Counted from the first letter of the stretch, positions 40,239-50,194 are shown. The stretch is DNA of 64,000 nucleotides from Opitutales bacterium (GCA_965197745.1 CBDANS010000007.1:736001-800000); one strand, 5' to 3'. The notes: generated from the letters alone by a model not told the origin. Program-made: numbers and translations.

Positions 40239-40994
40239 TTACCTCATACACTCCACATACAATGACCCGGGTTTGTATTCCTTGTTGTCCTGAATATCGA
40301 GGTTTTCTGACAGATATTCTTTGTAGAGGCTATTATTATAAGTCATCTTTTCGATCTTACTAAAACCATTTTGACGTAACCAATAGGACAGACTCTGCCA
40401 ATCATAAGTCCAGAAGTGGCGTTCACCTGAAACCTCAAATCCGGACTTTCTAAAAAGATTTTTAATAAAACTTTTGATATTGATTTTTGAATGGGGTGTA
40501 ACATCGGGTTTATCAAGTAACTGGAGCAATTCGCTGCTCAGAATTGGGCGCAGCCATTTTTGATTTTCTACATTTCCTCTCGCAGCTTTTAAAAATGATG
40601 CTTTTTGGCCTCCAGATTCGGTTCGAGTCAATTGATCGAGGAGTTCTATCATGTACCAGTGATGTTTGACTGGATTATCCTGGTTAAGTTCGACGCTCTT
40701 AATATAATTACGTGTTAAGACTTCCAAATCGGGTAGGGAAATTCGAAAAACACCGCCGGGTTTTAGACAGCGACATACCTCTCTCATTAAAAACTGACCA
40801 GTCTCTATGGGGAAATGGTCGAGAACATGTGAGGTGTAGACAAACTCAAAGGAATTGTCCGGATAGGGAAGTCCTTCCCAGAGATTAACCTGCTTAACAA
40901 ATGGGGGGTGCGAGTGAACATCTACATTCTCACAGGCATCTCCCTTGTTGTAACGAAAACCACAGCCTATGTTTAATTTTATTTTAGAATCCAT
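40239..40994 (-). CDS. Class I SAM-dependent methyltransferase domain protein
   Basis: LNIGCG, LPYPDNSF, SHVLDH, LKPGG. Confidence 0.88.
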   Translation of the reverse strand: MDSKIKLNIGCGFRYNKGDACENVDVHSHPPFVKQVNLWEGLPYPDNSFEFVYTSHVLDHFPIETGQFLMREVCRCLKPGGVFRISLPDLEVLTRNYIKSVELNQDNPVKHHWYMIELLDQLTRTESGGQKASFLKAARGNVENQKWLRPILSSELLQLLDKPDVTPHSKINIKSFIKNLFRKSGFEVSGERHFWTYDWQSLSYWLRQNGFSKIEKMTYNNSLYKEYLSENLDIQDNKEYKPGSLYVECMR

Positions 40995-41096
40995 ACTGGA
41001 TGTTAATTCGACCTCGGATACTGCTCATATATATGACCGTCCCTAATCAGGATCAAAGTTCTTAAAGATTTTAGATTAACGGGTTTCAGGTATTTC

Positions 41097-42107
41097 TCAA
41101 TAACGATTGGCCCATGACGTCACTAGAGTTTCATGTAAACGCGAATAAGGGTGTTTTTTTTCACCCTCTAGAGAAACCCTCTGTATTAATTGATATTGAG
41201 GTTTATGAAACCACCCAGTTGTTCCAAAGTGTAGATCTACGCTATTGTCTTCCAACATCATTTTATAATACTCATGGCTCACTCCCATATCAGAAAAAGG
41301 AAAAGCGAATATTCTGTGTTTTAACTGAAACTCTTCTTCTAAAAAGCGCATACTCTCACGGGTCTGTCTCAGTTGTTCATCGAGAGAAAGAATTGTATAA
41401 GGCGGATGATCTATGCTGTGCGCGCCAATGGCAAATCCATCATTTATTAATCCCGTTATCTGTTCTCTGTCCATGTACGGTTTAACTCGAGCCAGATATT
41501 CCGAGAAATTCAAGTCACATAAGTGAGCGATCTCATCCAGTAAATCTCTATGGTGATAATCAATACCCTTTAAGCTCTCTTTAAACTCGGTGTATAATAG
41601 ACCACGGGTTTTAAATTTATCCTTAACCGCATTTTGCAATATTTTACTTGAAGAGTTTAAATGTTGTTCAATGAGCAAGCTTACTTTGAAGCGATAGAAC
41701 AGATCTTTGTTTTCCCAAAAGCTGGAACTGATAAAAAAGGCTGCAGGTAAACCTTTCCTCTTAAGAATAGGGGCGACGATTTCTGACATTTCCCTAAGTC
41801 CATCATCAAAGGTAAGGAATACGCTACGGGATGGCGGAGGTTTTCCGCTCCTGCTATAATCCAGTATATCATCCAATGATATAGGACTGAATAATTTAAG
41901 AACACACTCGAGACTATCACAAAAATCTTTTACTCCCTTATACCTGTAAAGGTGCCGAATGTGGCCGAGGGGCTCATCACTTACAACGTGGTAATAAAGG
42001 ACTAATAGATTTCTACCGGTAACGCGTAAAAGTAGGCTTAGGGGCATGCAAGCACCCACACCCGTAATAGTTCGGTGCACCCCATTTTTCACTAACCGCT
42101 TTATCAT
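41097..42107 (-). CDS. Polysaccharide deacetylase (CE4/NodB)
   Basis: TFDDG, HSIDH, FAFPF. Confidence 0.9.
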   Translation of the reverse strand: MIKRLVKNGVHRTITGVGACMPLSLLLRVTGRNLLVLYYHVVSDEPLGHIRHLYRYKGVKDFCDSLECVLKLFSPISLDDILDYSRSGKPPPSRSVFLTFDDGLREMSEIVAPILKRKGLPAAFFISSSFWENKDLFYRFKVSLLIEQHLNSSSKILQNAVKDKFKTRGLLYTEFKESLKGIDYHHRDLLDEIAHLCDLNFSEYLARVKPYMDREQITGLINDGFAIGAHSIDHPPYTILSLDEQLRQTRESMRFLEEEFQLKHRIFAFPFSDMGVSHEYYKMMLEDNSVDLHFGTTGWFHKPQYQLIQRVSLEGEKKHPYSRLHETLVTSWANRY

Positions 42108-42622
42108 CTATTACCGCTTCCTCTCTTACGCACAAAAAACAATAGTATTAACAGTTTATTGTGTAACCTTATGATCTCTATTAATATACCTACATATTGC
42201 AGTTTTTACCACTTCGAATTACGCCGGCCTCCGCCTCGACAGATATAGATCGTAACATTCTTTACCGAGCGATTGGGTCAGTTTTTGAGCTGAAGGACCG
42301 TCAGCCACGGGTAGGTGGAATATCATTTTTCGGGGGAGTGCATATGAGGAGTCAAAGGTCGAAATCTAGAATACAGGAATATTTTTTACAGGAAGAGCGG
42401 AAAGAATAGCCACATTTCAGGAAGAGAATTAACCACTAAAGGACACTAATTAATACAGATATCTAATTTTTTAACCACGAATGGACACGAATTTACACGG
42501 ATATTTTATATAGAGAAGAGTTAATTAGCCACCAACCGTCGTCCCGCGGTGGTGGGACTATGGTCGGCAAAGCAAGATGCACTACCAGAGCACAGCGAGA
42601 TTTTCTAATGACACAAGATAAC

Positions 42623-42797
42623 TTCAGGTGAAAGTTGGTGCTTAATCGCAAAAGCTCAGCAGTAGCTGAGCTTCGGCTGTTCCTTACCGTTTTTTTAAAT
42701 TTTGATTTAAAAAACCGCGTACAGGAATATCCGTATCAGTTCCGCTCGCGTGTGCGTGCGGGATGACTTTGCGATGAAGCAACGTATTTCATCTGAA
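42623..42797. other. ~175-nt four-way-junction element, copy 3
   Basis: As copies 1 and 2; flanking homology extends ~42404-42850. Confidence 0.8.
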
Positions 42798-43025
42798 TTA
42801 AACCCAAAATTAATATCCGCGATATTCGCGTCATCCGCGGTAAGATCTTGCTGTTTATTTTTGTGCCTCTTGCCTGCCGGTCATAGTCCCGCCACTGGGG
42901 GACGACGGTTGGTGCCTTTGAAAGATGTCGTCCCGGTGTCGCGGGACTCGGTAGTGGCTATCTTAAAAAAACCACAGCAGTGAATGTTACTGAAATAAAA
43001 GTTAAAGAATGGGCTATTTTAACTT

Positions 43026-43265
43026 TCAGCTTTCGACATTTGCCTCTTTAACTTCCTTCGGGGGATCTTTCCACTGAAATTCGGTGTTCCCGGGGATGCG
43101 GTCAGAGATATTCCAGGTTGCATGACCGCGTTTGACGGCTTCATTTTTAAAAAAGGCTAATTCCTTATGCGCCTCTTCCAAGGCGATGATTTTAAAATAA
43201 TAAGCGATAATGGACGCAATTAAACCAATTAAGCTAAGCACCATCGCTAGAAATACAAAGGCCAT
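43026..43265 (-). CDS. Small hypothetical protein with an N-terminal TM
   Basis: 79-aa ORF, co-oriented with neighbours. Confidence 0.6.
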   Translation of the reverse strand: MAFVFLAMVLSLIGLIASIIAYYFKIIALEEAHKELAFFKNEAVKRGHATWNISDRIPGNTEFQWKDPPKEVKEANVES

Positions 43266-43271
43266 GGGGGA

Positions 43272-43460
43272 AAAATCAGTAGATTTTTAGTGTTATGTTT
43301 TAGGTGTTAGGTATTAGGAAAGAGCAAATATTCAAAAAGTCAAAATGTAGCTTCGCAGTTTTAGCTGTAAGATTGAATCATAACAAAAATGTGAAATTCA
43401 AATTTTTCTTTAACTTAACACTTAAAACCTAACACTTAATACTGAAAATCGTTAGATTTT
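43272..43460. repeat. Empty heptamer-arm element with AAAATC-N4-GATTTT palindromes at both ends
   Basis: Palindromes at 43272-43287 and 43445-43460; inverted heptamer runs inside. Confidence 0.88.
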
Positions 43461-44581
43461 CATTCTTTTGACATAGAAATTTCTAATTTAGAAATTTCTA
43501 ATTCCTTCGTCATTCCTTCAAACCATTCTATGACCTCTGTATGTAAGGGTATTCCCTTAACGCGCCGCTCTTGCTCTTCTTCATGTTCCAGCATGCCGGG
43601 GTAAAGGACGCGTTCTTGGCCCGGTGCCGGTTTTGTTTCCCTGATCATCTTGAGCATGCGATCCATGTTATCTTTAAAGATATCGAGATCGGTGAATGCT
43701 TCGATGTCGTAGGCGACGAAATGATGTTTATGCGTCATACCCGGTTCACCCGGGGATGCGAGCATGCTGGGAATGGAACCTGCCAATATTGACCCGAGGA
43801 TTTCTGTTACCATCGCGAGCCCATAACCTTTATGGGAACCCTGCTCTCGCGTGCCGCCCAAGGGGAGTATATGTACAGGGATGCCATCCTTGAATTCAGG
43901 TACGCGAACGGCTTCCATTATGGGAACACCTTCGGCATCGGCAATCCAGCCTGGGTCCAGTTTTGACCCTATTCTGCGGGCGAGCTCAATTTTATTTCCG
44001 GCGACTGAGCAAGTCGCGGCGTCATATAGAAAAGGGGCTTCATTGCGTGTAGGTGCCGCGAGAGCAATGGGATTTGTGCCAAGCAGACCTTTTGAAGCAA
44101 AAGTTGGCACTACTTGTGTACCTGCAGCAGTCGTTACCAGACCTACCATATTGTTTTGAACCGCTTGCATGGCATGATGGCCGATGGCACCCGAATGGCC
44201 GCTGTTATAAACGGACACAGCACCGATGCCAACCTGCTTAGCTTTGTCGATCGCGATTTGCATCACATGACGACCAATAATGATGACTAAACCTCTATCC
44301 GCATCAATGGTCGCCGTTCCAGGCTTTTCACGCATAATCTTCCAATTGGCCTGCGCGTTGATATCTTTATTTTTATACTGCGTATGGTAAGCTCTCAGCA
44401 TATTAGATACACCGTGACTTTCCACTCCACGCAGGTCAGAAGTTACGAGCGTGTCTGCCGCGATTGCGGCATCTTCTGGAGTCTCACCCATCTTTTCAAA
44501 AAACTCCGTCACCGTTCGGCGTAATGATTCCTCCGGAACAATGACCTGTTCTTTTATCGGGACTTTGAAACGTTCTAGCAT
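43460..44581 (-). CDS. Ldh_2 family (malate/lactate/ureidoglycolate-type) oxidoreductase
   Basis: DLRGVESHG, GTNPIA, HKGYGL, YPG..E. Confidence 0.92.
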   Translation of the reverse strand: MLERFKVPIKEQVIVPEESLRRTVTEFFEKMGETPEDAAIAADTLVTSDLRGVESHGVSNMLRAYHTQYKNKDINAQANWKIMREKPGTATIDADRGLVIIIGRHVMQIAIDKAKQVGIGAVSVYNSGHSGAIGHHAMQAVQNNMVGLVTTAAGTQVVPTFASKGLLGTNPIALAAPTRNEAPFLYDAATCSVAGNKIELARRIGSKLDPGWIADAEGVPIMEAVRVPEFKDGIPVHILPLGGTREQGSHKGYGLAMVTEILGSILAGSIPSMLASPGEPGMTHKHHFVAYDIEAFTDLDIFKDNMDRMLKMIRETKPAPGQERVLYPGMLEHEEEQERRVKGIPLHTEVIEWFEGMTKELEISKLEISMSKE

Positions 44582-44757
44582 AACTCAACAATGTTGAGTT
44601 ATGCGGTCGAAGGTCAAATGTCAAAGGTCAAAAGTGAAAAAATCTAAAGATTTTTTGTTTTAGGTGTAAGATGTTAAATTTTAAGTAAGATTTTTCATCA
44701 AAGCATAATTAGTAAATGTTCCGACCTTCGACTTTCGACTCTTTGACCTTGTTATAC

Positions 44758-45717
44758 CTAGGTCAAAGATTTCAGTAATCGGTCCTCTTCCGTAAAATCC
44801 CAGGGTTCTTTGTCATAGCCCTGTTCCAGCCACCAATTGTAAGTCATTTCCAGACCCTCGCGAATGTTATAACGGGGTTCCCATTCCAGGTCGCGACGCG
44901 CTTTTTCGTTGCTGTAAACAGAGCTGACTCCCCATCCGAAAGGGAAGATTTCAACCTCCTGCTCTTCATAGTGAGCGGGATCGACGTGAATCACTTCCAC
45001 TTCCTTACTCATTATATCAGTCAGTGTTTGAATGTAAGCGTTAACCGTAATCATCTCATTTGAAGCGATGGTGTAGATCTGTCCCTCCGCCTGTTTTCGA
45101 TCGGGAACAGAGGCAAATGCAGCGGCCAGATCATCGACGTGGATAAAGTGAAGAAGTCGTTGACCGTCTCCCGGAATAATAATTTTACGACCGTGAGTGA
45201 GTCGGGCAAAAAACGTGTGCTCGCGTTGTTTCAGGTTATTGTGCGGCCCGTAAACATAGACCAACCTCAGAGAGGTTGTCGGCAGACCGCGCTCTTCGTA
45301 AACCTTTAAGAGATAATCTTCACAGGCAATCTTATCCCTGGCGTAGTCACTGGCTTCCGGTCTTCGGTCTAGAGTTGAATCTTCGAAGATCGGTCTGATT
45401 TCGGAGGGGGCATAGACGGAAGTTGAGCTGCAGAAAACATAAGTACCTATCTTCCCATCGAGAACATTGATGACAGTTTCAACCACGTCAGGTGTATAAC
45501 CCGAAATGTCATAGACGACATCAAAGGTCTTGCCATTCAATACCTCTGCGACCTGTTTCCTGTCATTGCGGTCGGCGATGAGACGATTGACCTTGCTGGG
45601 TATTTGCGCCTCGCTCTGGCCCCGATTCAAGATCGTTACCTCATGTCCCTGGTTAATTAAATAATCAACAAGGTGAAGCCCGACAAATTGTGTCCCCCCT
45701 AAGACTAGTGAATCCAT
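44758..45717 (-). CDS. NAD-dependent epimerase/dehydratase family protein
   Basis: LVLGGTQFVG, YARDK, HVDDLA; start set at ATG 45717. Confidence 0.9.
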   Translation of the reverse strand: MDSLVLGGTQFVGLHLVDYLINQGHEVTILNRGQSEAQIPSKVNRLIADRNDRKQVAEVLNGKTFDVVYDISGYTPDVVETVINVLDGKIGTYVFCSSTSVYAPSEIRPIFEDSTLDRRPEASDYARDKIACEDYLLKVYEERGLPTTSLRLVYVYGPHNNLKQREHTFFARLTHGRKIIIPGDGQRLLHFIHVDDLAAAFASVPDRKQAEGQIYTIASNEMITVNAYIQTLTDIMSKEVEVIHVDPAHYEEQEVEIFPFGWGVSSVYSNEKARRDLEWEPRYNIREGLEMTYNWWLEQGYDKEPWDFTEEDRLLKSLT

Positions 45718-45726
45718 GGATTCACT

Positions 45727-46285
45727 AGTCAAAAAGTCAAAAGGTCAAAAAGTCAAAAAATAAAAATCCTTGGATTTTTAGTGTTATGTTTTAGGTTAGA
45801 GATTGAATTAATGCATGAAGTTTTCCTGATATCATTTTTGTTTCAGTAATTAATGCATTAGCTTCTTTAGATGGTATAAGGCCAATATTTTTAGCGATAA
45901 ATAATTGAGTTCGAACTTCAGCAGCTGAACCTTTAGCATAACCAAGAAATAATTTAAACTCATGTATCGAGTTTCTCTCAGCTCCCTCTGCAATATTTGA
46001 AGGTATCGAAACAGCTGCTCGCGATATTTGATCTCTAAATCCGTAATTACGTGAGTCTTTCAATTCGGAATATATACTTATAACTAAAGCACACGCTCTT
46101 TGCCAAACATCCAGTTCTTCGAATGATTGATAGGCCATGACTTAAGAGTTAAAGTGTATTTCTACGCGATTATCGGAAGAGATAACTAGATGATATAAAT
46201 CGACAGTTAATACCTGACGATTAATAGTGAAAAATAATATTATTTCTTCGACTTAACACCTAACACCTAAAACTTAACACAGCAA
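45727..46285. mobile_element. Putative element: inverted heptamer arms carrying a four-helix-bundle gene
   Basis: Left arm palindrome plus AGTGTTATGTTTTAGGT; right arm ACTTAAC ACCTAAC ACCTAAA ACTTAAC ACAG. Mobility is inferred only. Confidence 0.6.
45791..46138 (-). CDS. Four-helix-bundle protein (23S rRNA IVS protein-like, TIGR02436-type)
   Basis: FEELDVWQ, DQISRAAVSIPSNIAEG, FLGYAKGSAAEVRTQL. Confidence 0.95.
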   Translation of the reverse strand: MAYQSFEELDVWQRACALVISIYSELKDSRNYGFRDQISRAAVSIPSNIAEGAERNSIHEFKLFLGYAKGSAAEVRTQLFIAKNIGLIPSKEANALITETKMISGKLHALIQSLT

Positions 46286-46288
46286 TAT

Positions 46289-47872
46289 ATGTCTGAAATG
46301 TTAGACACATCTTCTCGAGGTCTTCACATTGTGGATTGGTTGTGCATTGCCCTCTACGCGGCTGTGGTTTTGGGAGTCGGGTGGATTTATTCGCGCAGGC
46401 ATTCGGACACGGGGAGTTATTTTGTTGGCAGCGGGAAGATGAATTCCTTTCTCATCGGTATTTCCATATTAGCAACGCTCTTAAGTTCCGCCTCTTTTTT
46501 AATGATTCCCGGTGAAATGATTAAAAATGGGCCGGTCATATTATGCTATCTCTTCGCGATACCTATCGCCTATGTCATCGTCGGTTACGTCTTGATCCCC
46601 GCCCTCATGCGTTACCGTGTGATCAGCGCTTACGAGATATTGGAAAAGAAGATGGGGGTAAAAATACGCCTGCTCGGTGCCAGCCTGTTTATCATGCTCA
46701 GGCTTACCTGGATGTCAGTCATTGTTTACTTCGCGGCAGAAGCGACAGTGGTAATCATCGGACTCGACCGATCAATGGTTCCCTGGGTTGTTCTGGTAAT
46801 TGGGATTGTCTCCGTAACTTATACCACCATGGGGGGATTACAGGCTGTAGTTATAACCGATCTTCTTCAATTCTGCATCCTATTTGGCGGTGCGATATTG
46901 ACCCTAACCATTATCAGTTTTCGTCTCGACGGTCTTCACTGGATTCCTACGGAGTGGTCACCTAATTGGGACGTACAACCATTCTTCAGCTTCGATCCAA
47001 CGGTGCGCGTGACGGTGGTTGGATCGATAATCTCATTTTTAATCTGGTTAATATGTATGGGAGGATCTGATCAGACGGTGATCCAAAGATATATGTGTAC
47101 CGAGGACGCCGCTACTGCTCGACGAGCCTACTTTCGAAATTCCCTCACAAATATGATAACCATTCCATTAATTGCTCTCGTGGGATTTGGGGTATTGGGA
47201 TTTTATATGCAGTACCAGGAGTATATTCCTGAAGGGGAGACCATTCAGTCCTATGCTGACAGACTCTTTCCACTATTTATATCAGAACATTTACCGATCG
47301 GTGTAGCCGGCCTCGTCGTTTCAGCATTATTCGCAGCCGGAATGTCGAGCATCGACTCAGGAATAAATTCAATAACAGCAGTCACGATGACAGACTTTTT
47401 AGATCGCTTTGGTCTTAAATCAAAAAGCGAGCGACAGCATTTGAGAATGGCCAGGTTCATAGCCATTGGCATCGGTGTCTTTGTCATGCTTGTGAGTATT
47501 CAAATGCATCGAGTGCCCGGCAACTTCGTAGAAATACCCCAGAAAACAATTAATCTTTTTACGGTGCCCATGTTCTGCCTGTTTTTCTTTGCTTTGTTTG
47601 TTCCGTTCGCCACTCCATTTGGCGTTGCCCTGGGTGCTCTCTATGGATGGGTGGCTGCGCTCCTCGTCGCCTACTGGGACATTTTCACTGGCCTCGACAG
47701 ACTAAGTTTCCAATTGATCATGTTTACGGCCCTCGTAGTAGACCTCTCTATCGGATGTCTATTCAGTCTCATTCCCATTAAGCATAACCCCCCCCCTGTG
47801 ATCGCCGTCTGGACGGTTATGGCACTTTCCCCGCTAATCGCGGGGATACTCACGCTCTTTTTCAGAGCGTGA
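46289..47872 (+). CDS. Sodium:solute symporter (SSS family)
   Basis: YTTMGGLQAVVITDLLQ, DQTVIQRY, AAGMSSIDSGINS. Confidence 0.93.
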   Translation: MSEMLDTSSRGLHIVDWLCIALYAAVVLGVGWIYSRRHSDTGSYFVGSGKMNSFLIGISILATLLSSASFLMIPGEMIKNGPVILCYLFAIPIAYVIVGYVLIPALMRYRVISAYEILEKKMGVKIRLLGASLFIMLRLTWMSVIVYFAAEATVVIIGLDRSMVPWVVLVIGIVSVTYTTMGGLQAVVITDLLQFCILFGGAILTLTIISFRLDGLHWIPTEWSPNWDVQPFFSFDPTVRVTVVGSIISFLIWLICMGGSDQTVIQRYMCTEDAATARRAYFRNSLTNMITIPLIALVGFGVLGFYMQYQEYIPEGETIQSYADRLFPLFISEHLPIGVAGLVVSALFAAGMSSIDSGINSITAVTMTDFLDRFGLKSKSERQHLRMARFIAIGIGVFVMLVSIQMHRVPGNFVEIPQKTINLFTVPMFCLFFFALFVPFATPFGVALGALYGWVAALLVAYWDIFTGLDRLSFQLIMFTALVVDLSIGCLFSLIPIKHNPPPVIAVWTVMALSPLIAGILTLFFRA

Positions 47873-48093
47873 GTATTGTCAAAAAGTCAAGAAGATATGC
47901 GGTAAGGCGTAAATGCGATAAAGCGTGAATGCGGATTAATACCTGAGACATAATGCAGGATGCGAGGAGACCCTAGAGATTACCCCTTATTCGCATAAAC
48001 ACATATACGCGTATGAGGATGACGAGCTACGCTCTCGGTACGCACATACCCTTCGACATTTGACTTTCGACTTTCGACTCCTTTAATAAATCC

Positions 48094-48972
48094 ATGATTA
48101 AAAGTAAAAACGGCTATCCAACTGCTGAAGAACTGATAGAAAAAGTGCGTGAGGTTGGCTATTGTCTGATTGAAGACATAATTCCTGAAGATAAGATTGA
48201 GCCGATCAAAAAAGAAATTTCTGACGCGGCTCACGCTAATTGCAGTGATTATGCGTCCGATAATATTACCCATATGTCAGGGACTATTAATCATACCCAG
48301 ATTTTCGCGGAATATGTCGCACACCCTCGTATCATGGCGTTGGTGGACACATTTTTTGGCCCCTATGCGCGTGTCTCCTCGACCACAACGACGATTAATG
48401 AACCGGGGAACAAGCGAGGTATGTGGCACTCCGATTGGCCGTTTAACCAGAGAAACGCGGGGCACATCCCGGTTCCCTATCCCGACATCATGCTTCACAT
48501 CACTTCTATCTGGATGCTGTCGGCATTCAGTAAAGAGAATGGAGGGACCTTAATTCGACCCGGTAGCCATAAACTCGATTATAACCCGAGCGTCGATTAT
48601 CCGGTAAATAAAGCGAAAACAGATGATAAGGAAGCGATGGCAAAAGGGTGGACGGAGGTTGCCTGTGATCCATTAGATGATGAAATAAATGCTACGGGAC
48701 CGGCGGGCAGTGTGCTCTTCTTTGACAGTCGCTTATGGCATGCCACCGCGCCCAACACTTCCAGTGATCCAAGGGTAGCGTTGATCGTGCGTTATGCTCC
48801 CTGGTGGATAAATCTTAAATCCTGGCGGCCCGGTTCGATTGATCGGAAAATAATTTCTGAAGAACCCGGCATATTTGAAAACGTGCTCGCGCCACTTCCC
48901 ATCGATGTCTATAATCGGCTACCCGAAGTCACCAAACCCCTTTTCCGGCATTGGGTAGAGGAAAACGCGTAG
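48094..48972 (+). CDS. PhyH-family Fe(II)/2OG dioxygenase
   Basis: WHSD, PGSH, LWH..APN....R. Confidence 0.9.
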   Translation: MIKSKNGYPTAEELIEKVREVGYCLIEDIIPEDKIEPIKKEISDAAHANCSDYASDNITHMSGTINHTQIFAEYVAHPRIMALVDTFFGPYARVSSTTTTINEPGNKRGMWHSDWPFNQRNAGHIPVPYPDIMLHITSIWMLSAFSKENGGTLIRPGSHKLDYNPSVDYPVNKAKTDDKEAMAKGWTEVACDPLDDEINATGPAGSVLFFDSRLWHATAPNTSSDPRVALIVRYAPWWINLKSWRPGSIDRKIISEEPGIFENVLAPLPIDVYNRLPEVTKPLFRHWVEENA

Positions 48973-49201
48973 CGTTTTCGTCGAAAGTCGAAGGTCAAAG
49001 GTCGAAAGCGAAAATCGTTATTCTGGAGGGACGCGCTCTGTCGCGTCCGCTTAAAAATCAGGTGTATTTATTTTTCGATATTATAAATGATGATTATAGC
49101 CACAACGGCGTGTGGCCCTCCAATTTATTTTCTTCGCTAAAAATTGTATCAGCATCATTCTACCTTTGACATTAGACCTTAGACTTTCGACAAAAGAACC
49201 C

Positions 49202-50194
49202 ATGGGTTCTTTTCAAGATAAGCCGATTGGACGCAGTGGATTGAAGATGAGCGCGATTGCGCTGGGGGCGGGAACTTACGGACGAGAGATCGACGAAGAA
49301 GCATCCTGGCGGTTACTCGACTATGCGACAGAAAAAGGAATTACATTTCACGATAACGCGGAAATGTATGGTGGGGGTAACACCTATGAAAAACGTAAAG
49401 CGGATTACGGTACCACCGATGTGAGGGAGGCATCGACTGAAATGTACTCGGGCGAGAAAATTCTCTCTCGATGGATGAAAAATCGGGGTTGCCGGGATGA
49501 AATTATCCTCTGCACAAAAGTCAGCACCGGGAACAGCGCGGAAAATATTAAAAAACAGATGGCGGCCAGCCTCGAGCGTCTGGAAGTCGACTGTGTGGAC
49601 GTTTACATGTTGCATTCCCCCGATGACAACGTGCCTATAGAAGAAACAATGGATGCCCTCAACGAGGAAGTTGAGGCCGGACATACCAGGGTTCTTGGGT
49701 GCAGTAATTTTTCGGGCGCGCAATTGCGTGATGCGCTCGCGGTCAGCGCGAAAAAGGGGTACGCCCGTTTTGAAATCTCTGAACCCCGCTATAATCTCGG
49801 CGATCGAGAAGCCGAAACAGATCATTTTCCCATTTGCCGAGAGGAAGAGATAACGGTTATGCCCTACAGCCCGCTGGGGGCGGGATTTCTCACCGGGAAG
49901 TACAGCCCCGACCGTTCAAAGTTTCCCAAGGGTGCGCGCTTTGACCTCTCACCCGGTCATGCCGACATTTACTTTAACGATCATAATTTTCGGGTGGTCG
50001 AACACCTGCGTAAAAAAGCCGAGGAGATGGGACTTACGATGGTGCGTCTCGCCATGGCCTGGGCCATGACGCATCCCGACGTCACCGCAACTCTCATAGG
50101 CGCCCGAACAACCGATCACATCGACAACGCCCTCCTCGCCGCCGAAATGGGACTGGATCCAGGATTACGTGAAGAAATGAACGAATTTTCATAA
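49202..50194 (+). CDS. Aldo/keto reductase
   Basis: DNAEMYG, GCSNF, PYSPLGAGFLTGKY. Start set at ATG 49202 because upstream codons are repeat arm. Confidence 0.92.
   Translation: MGSFQDKPIGRSGLKMSAIALGAGTYGREIDEEASWRLLDYATEKGITFHDNAEMYGGGNTYEKRKADYGTTDVREASTEMYSGEKILSRWMKNRGCRDEIILCTKVSTGNSAENIKKQMAASLERLEVDCVDVYMLHSPDDNVPIEETMDALNEEVEAGHTRVLGCSNFSGAQLRDALAVSAKKGYARFEISEPRYNLGDREAETDHFPICREEEITVMPYSPLGAGFLTGKYSPDRSKFPKGARFDLSPGHADIYFNDHNFRVVEHLRKKAEEMGLTMVRLAMAWAMTHPDVTATLIGARTTDHIDNALLAAEMGLDPGLREEMNEFS

Noticed and set aside
39802..40363. Short track ORFs over repeats (also 3267, 6373, 6556, 9750, 22356, 38189, 42750)
   Set aside because: They are translations of non-coding repeats and are not conserved as ORFs between copies.
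42470..42502. GxxExxY nuclease gene linked to the CACGAAT 9-mer arms
   Set aside because: I recall such repeats near these genes but cannot verify it, and no such ORF was seen here.
42650..42745. Hammerhead ribozyme on the minus strand (CTGATAC-stem-GAAG-stem)
   Set aside because: Core deviates from CUGANGA/GAAA/UH at essential positions, and the 25.9-kb candidate relative lacks it.
38439..42797. Integron attC sites
   Set aside because: No RYYYAAC...GTTRRRY cores were seen, there is no integrase, and the fold is branched.
45791..46138. Diversity-generating retroelement (Avd-like gene)
   Set aside because: No reverse transcriptase or adenine-mismatched TR/VR pair was seen in the window.
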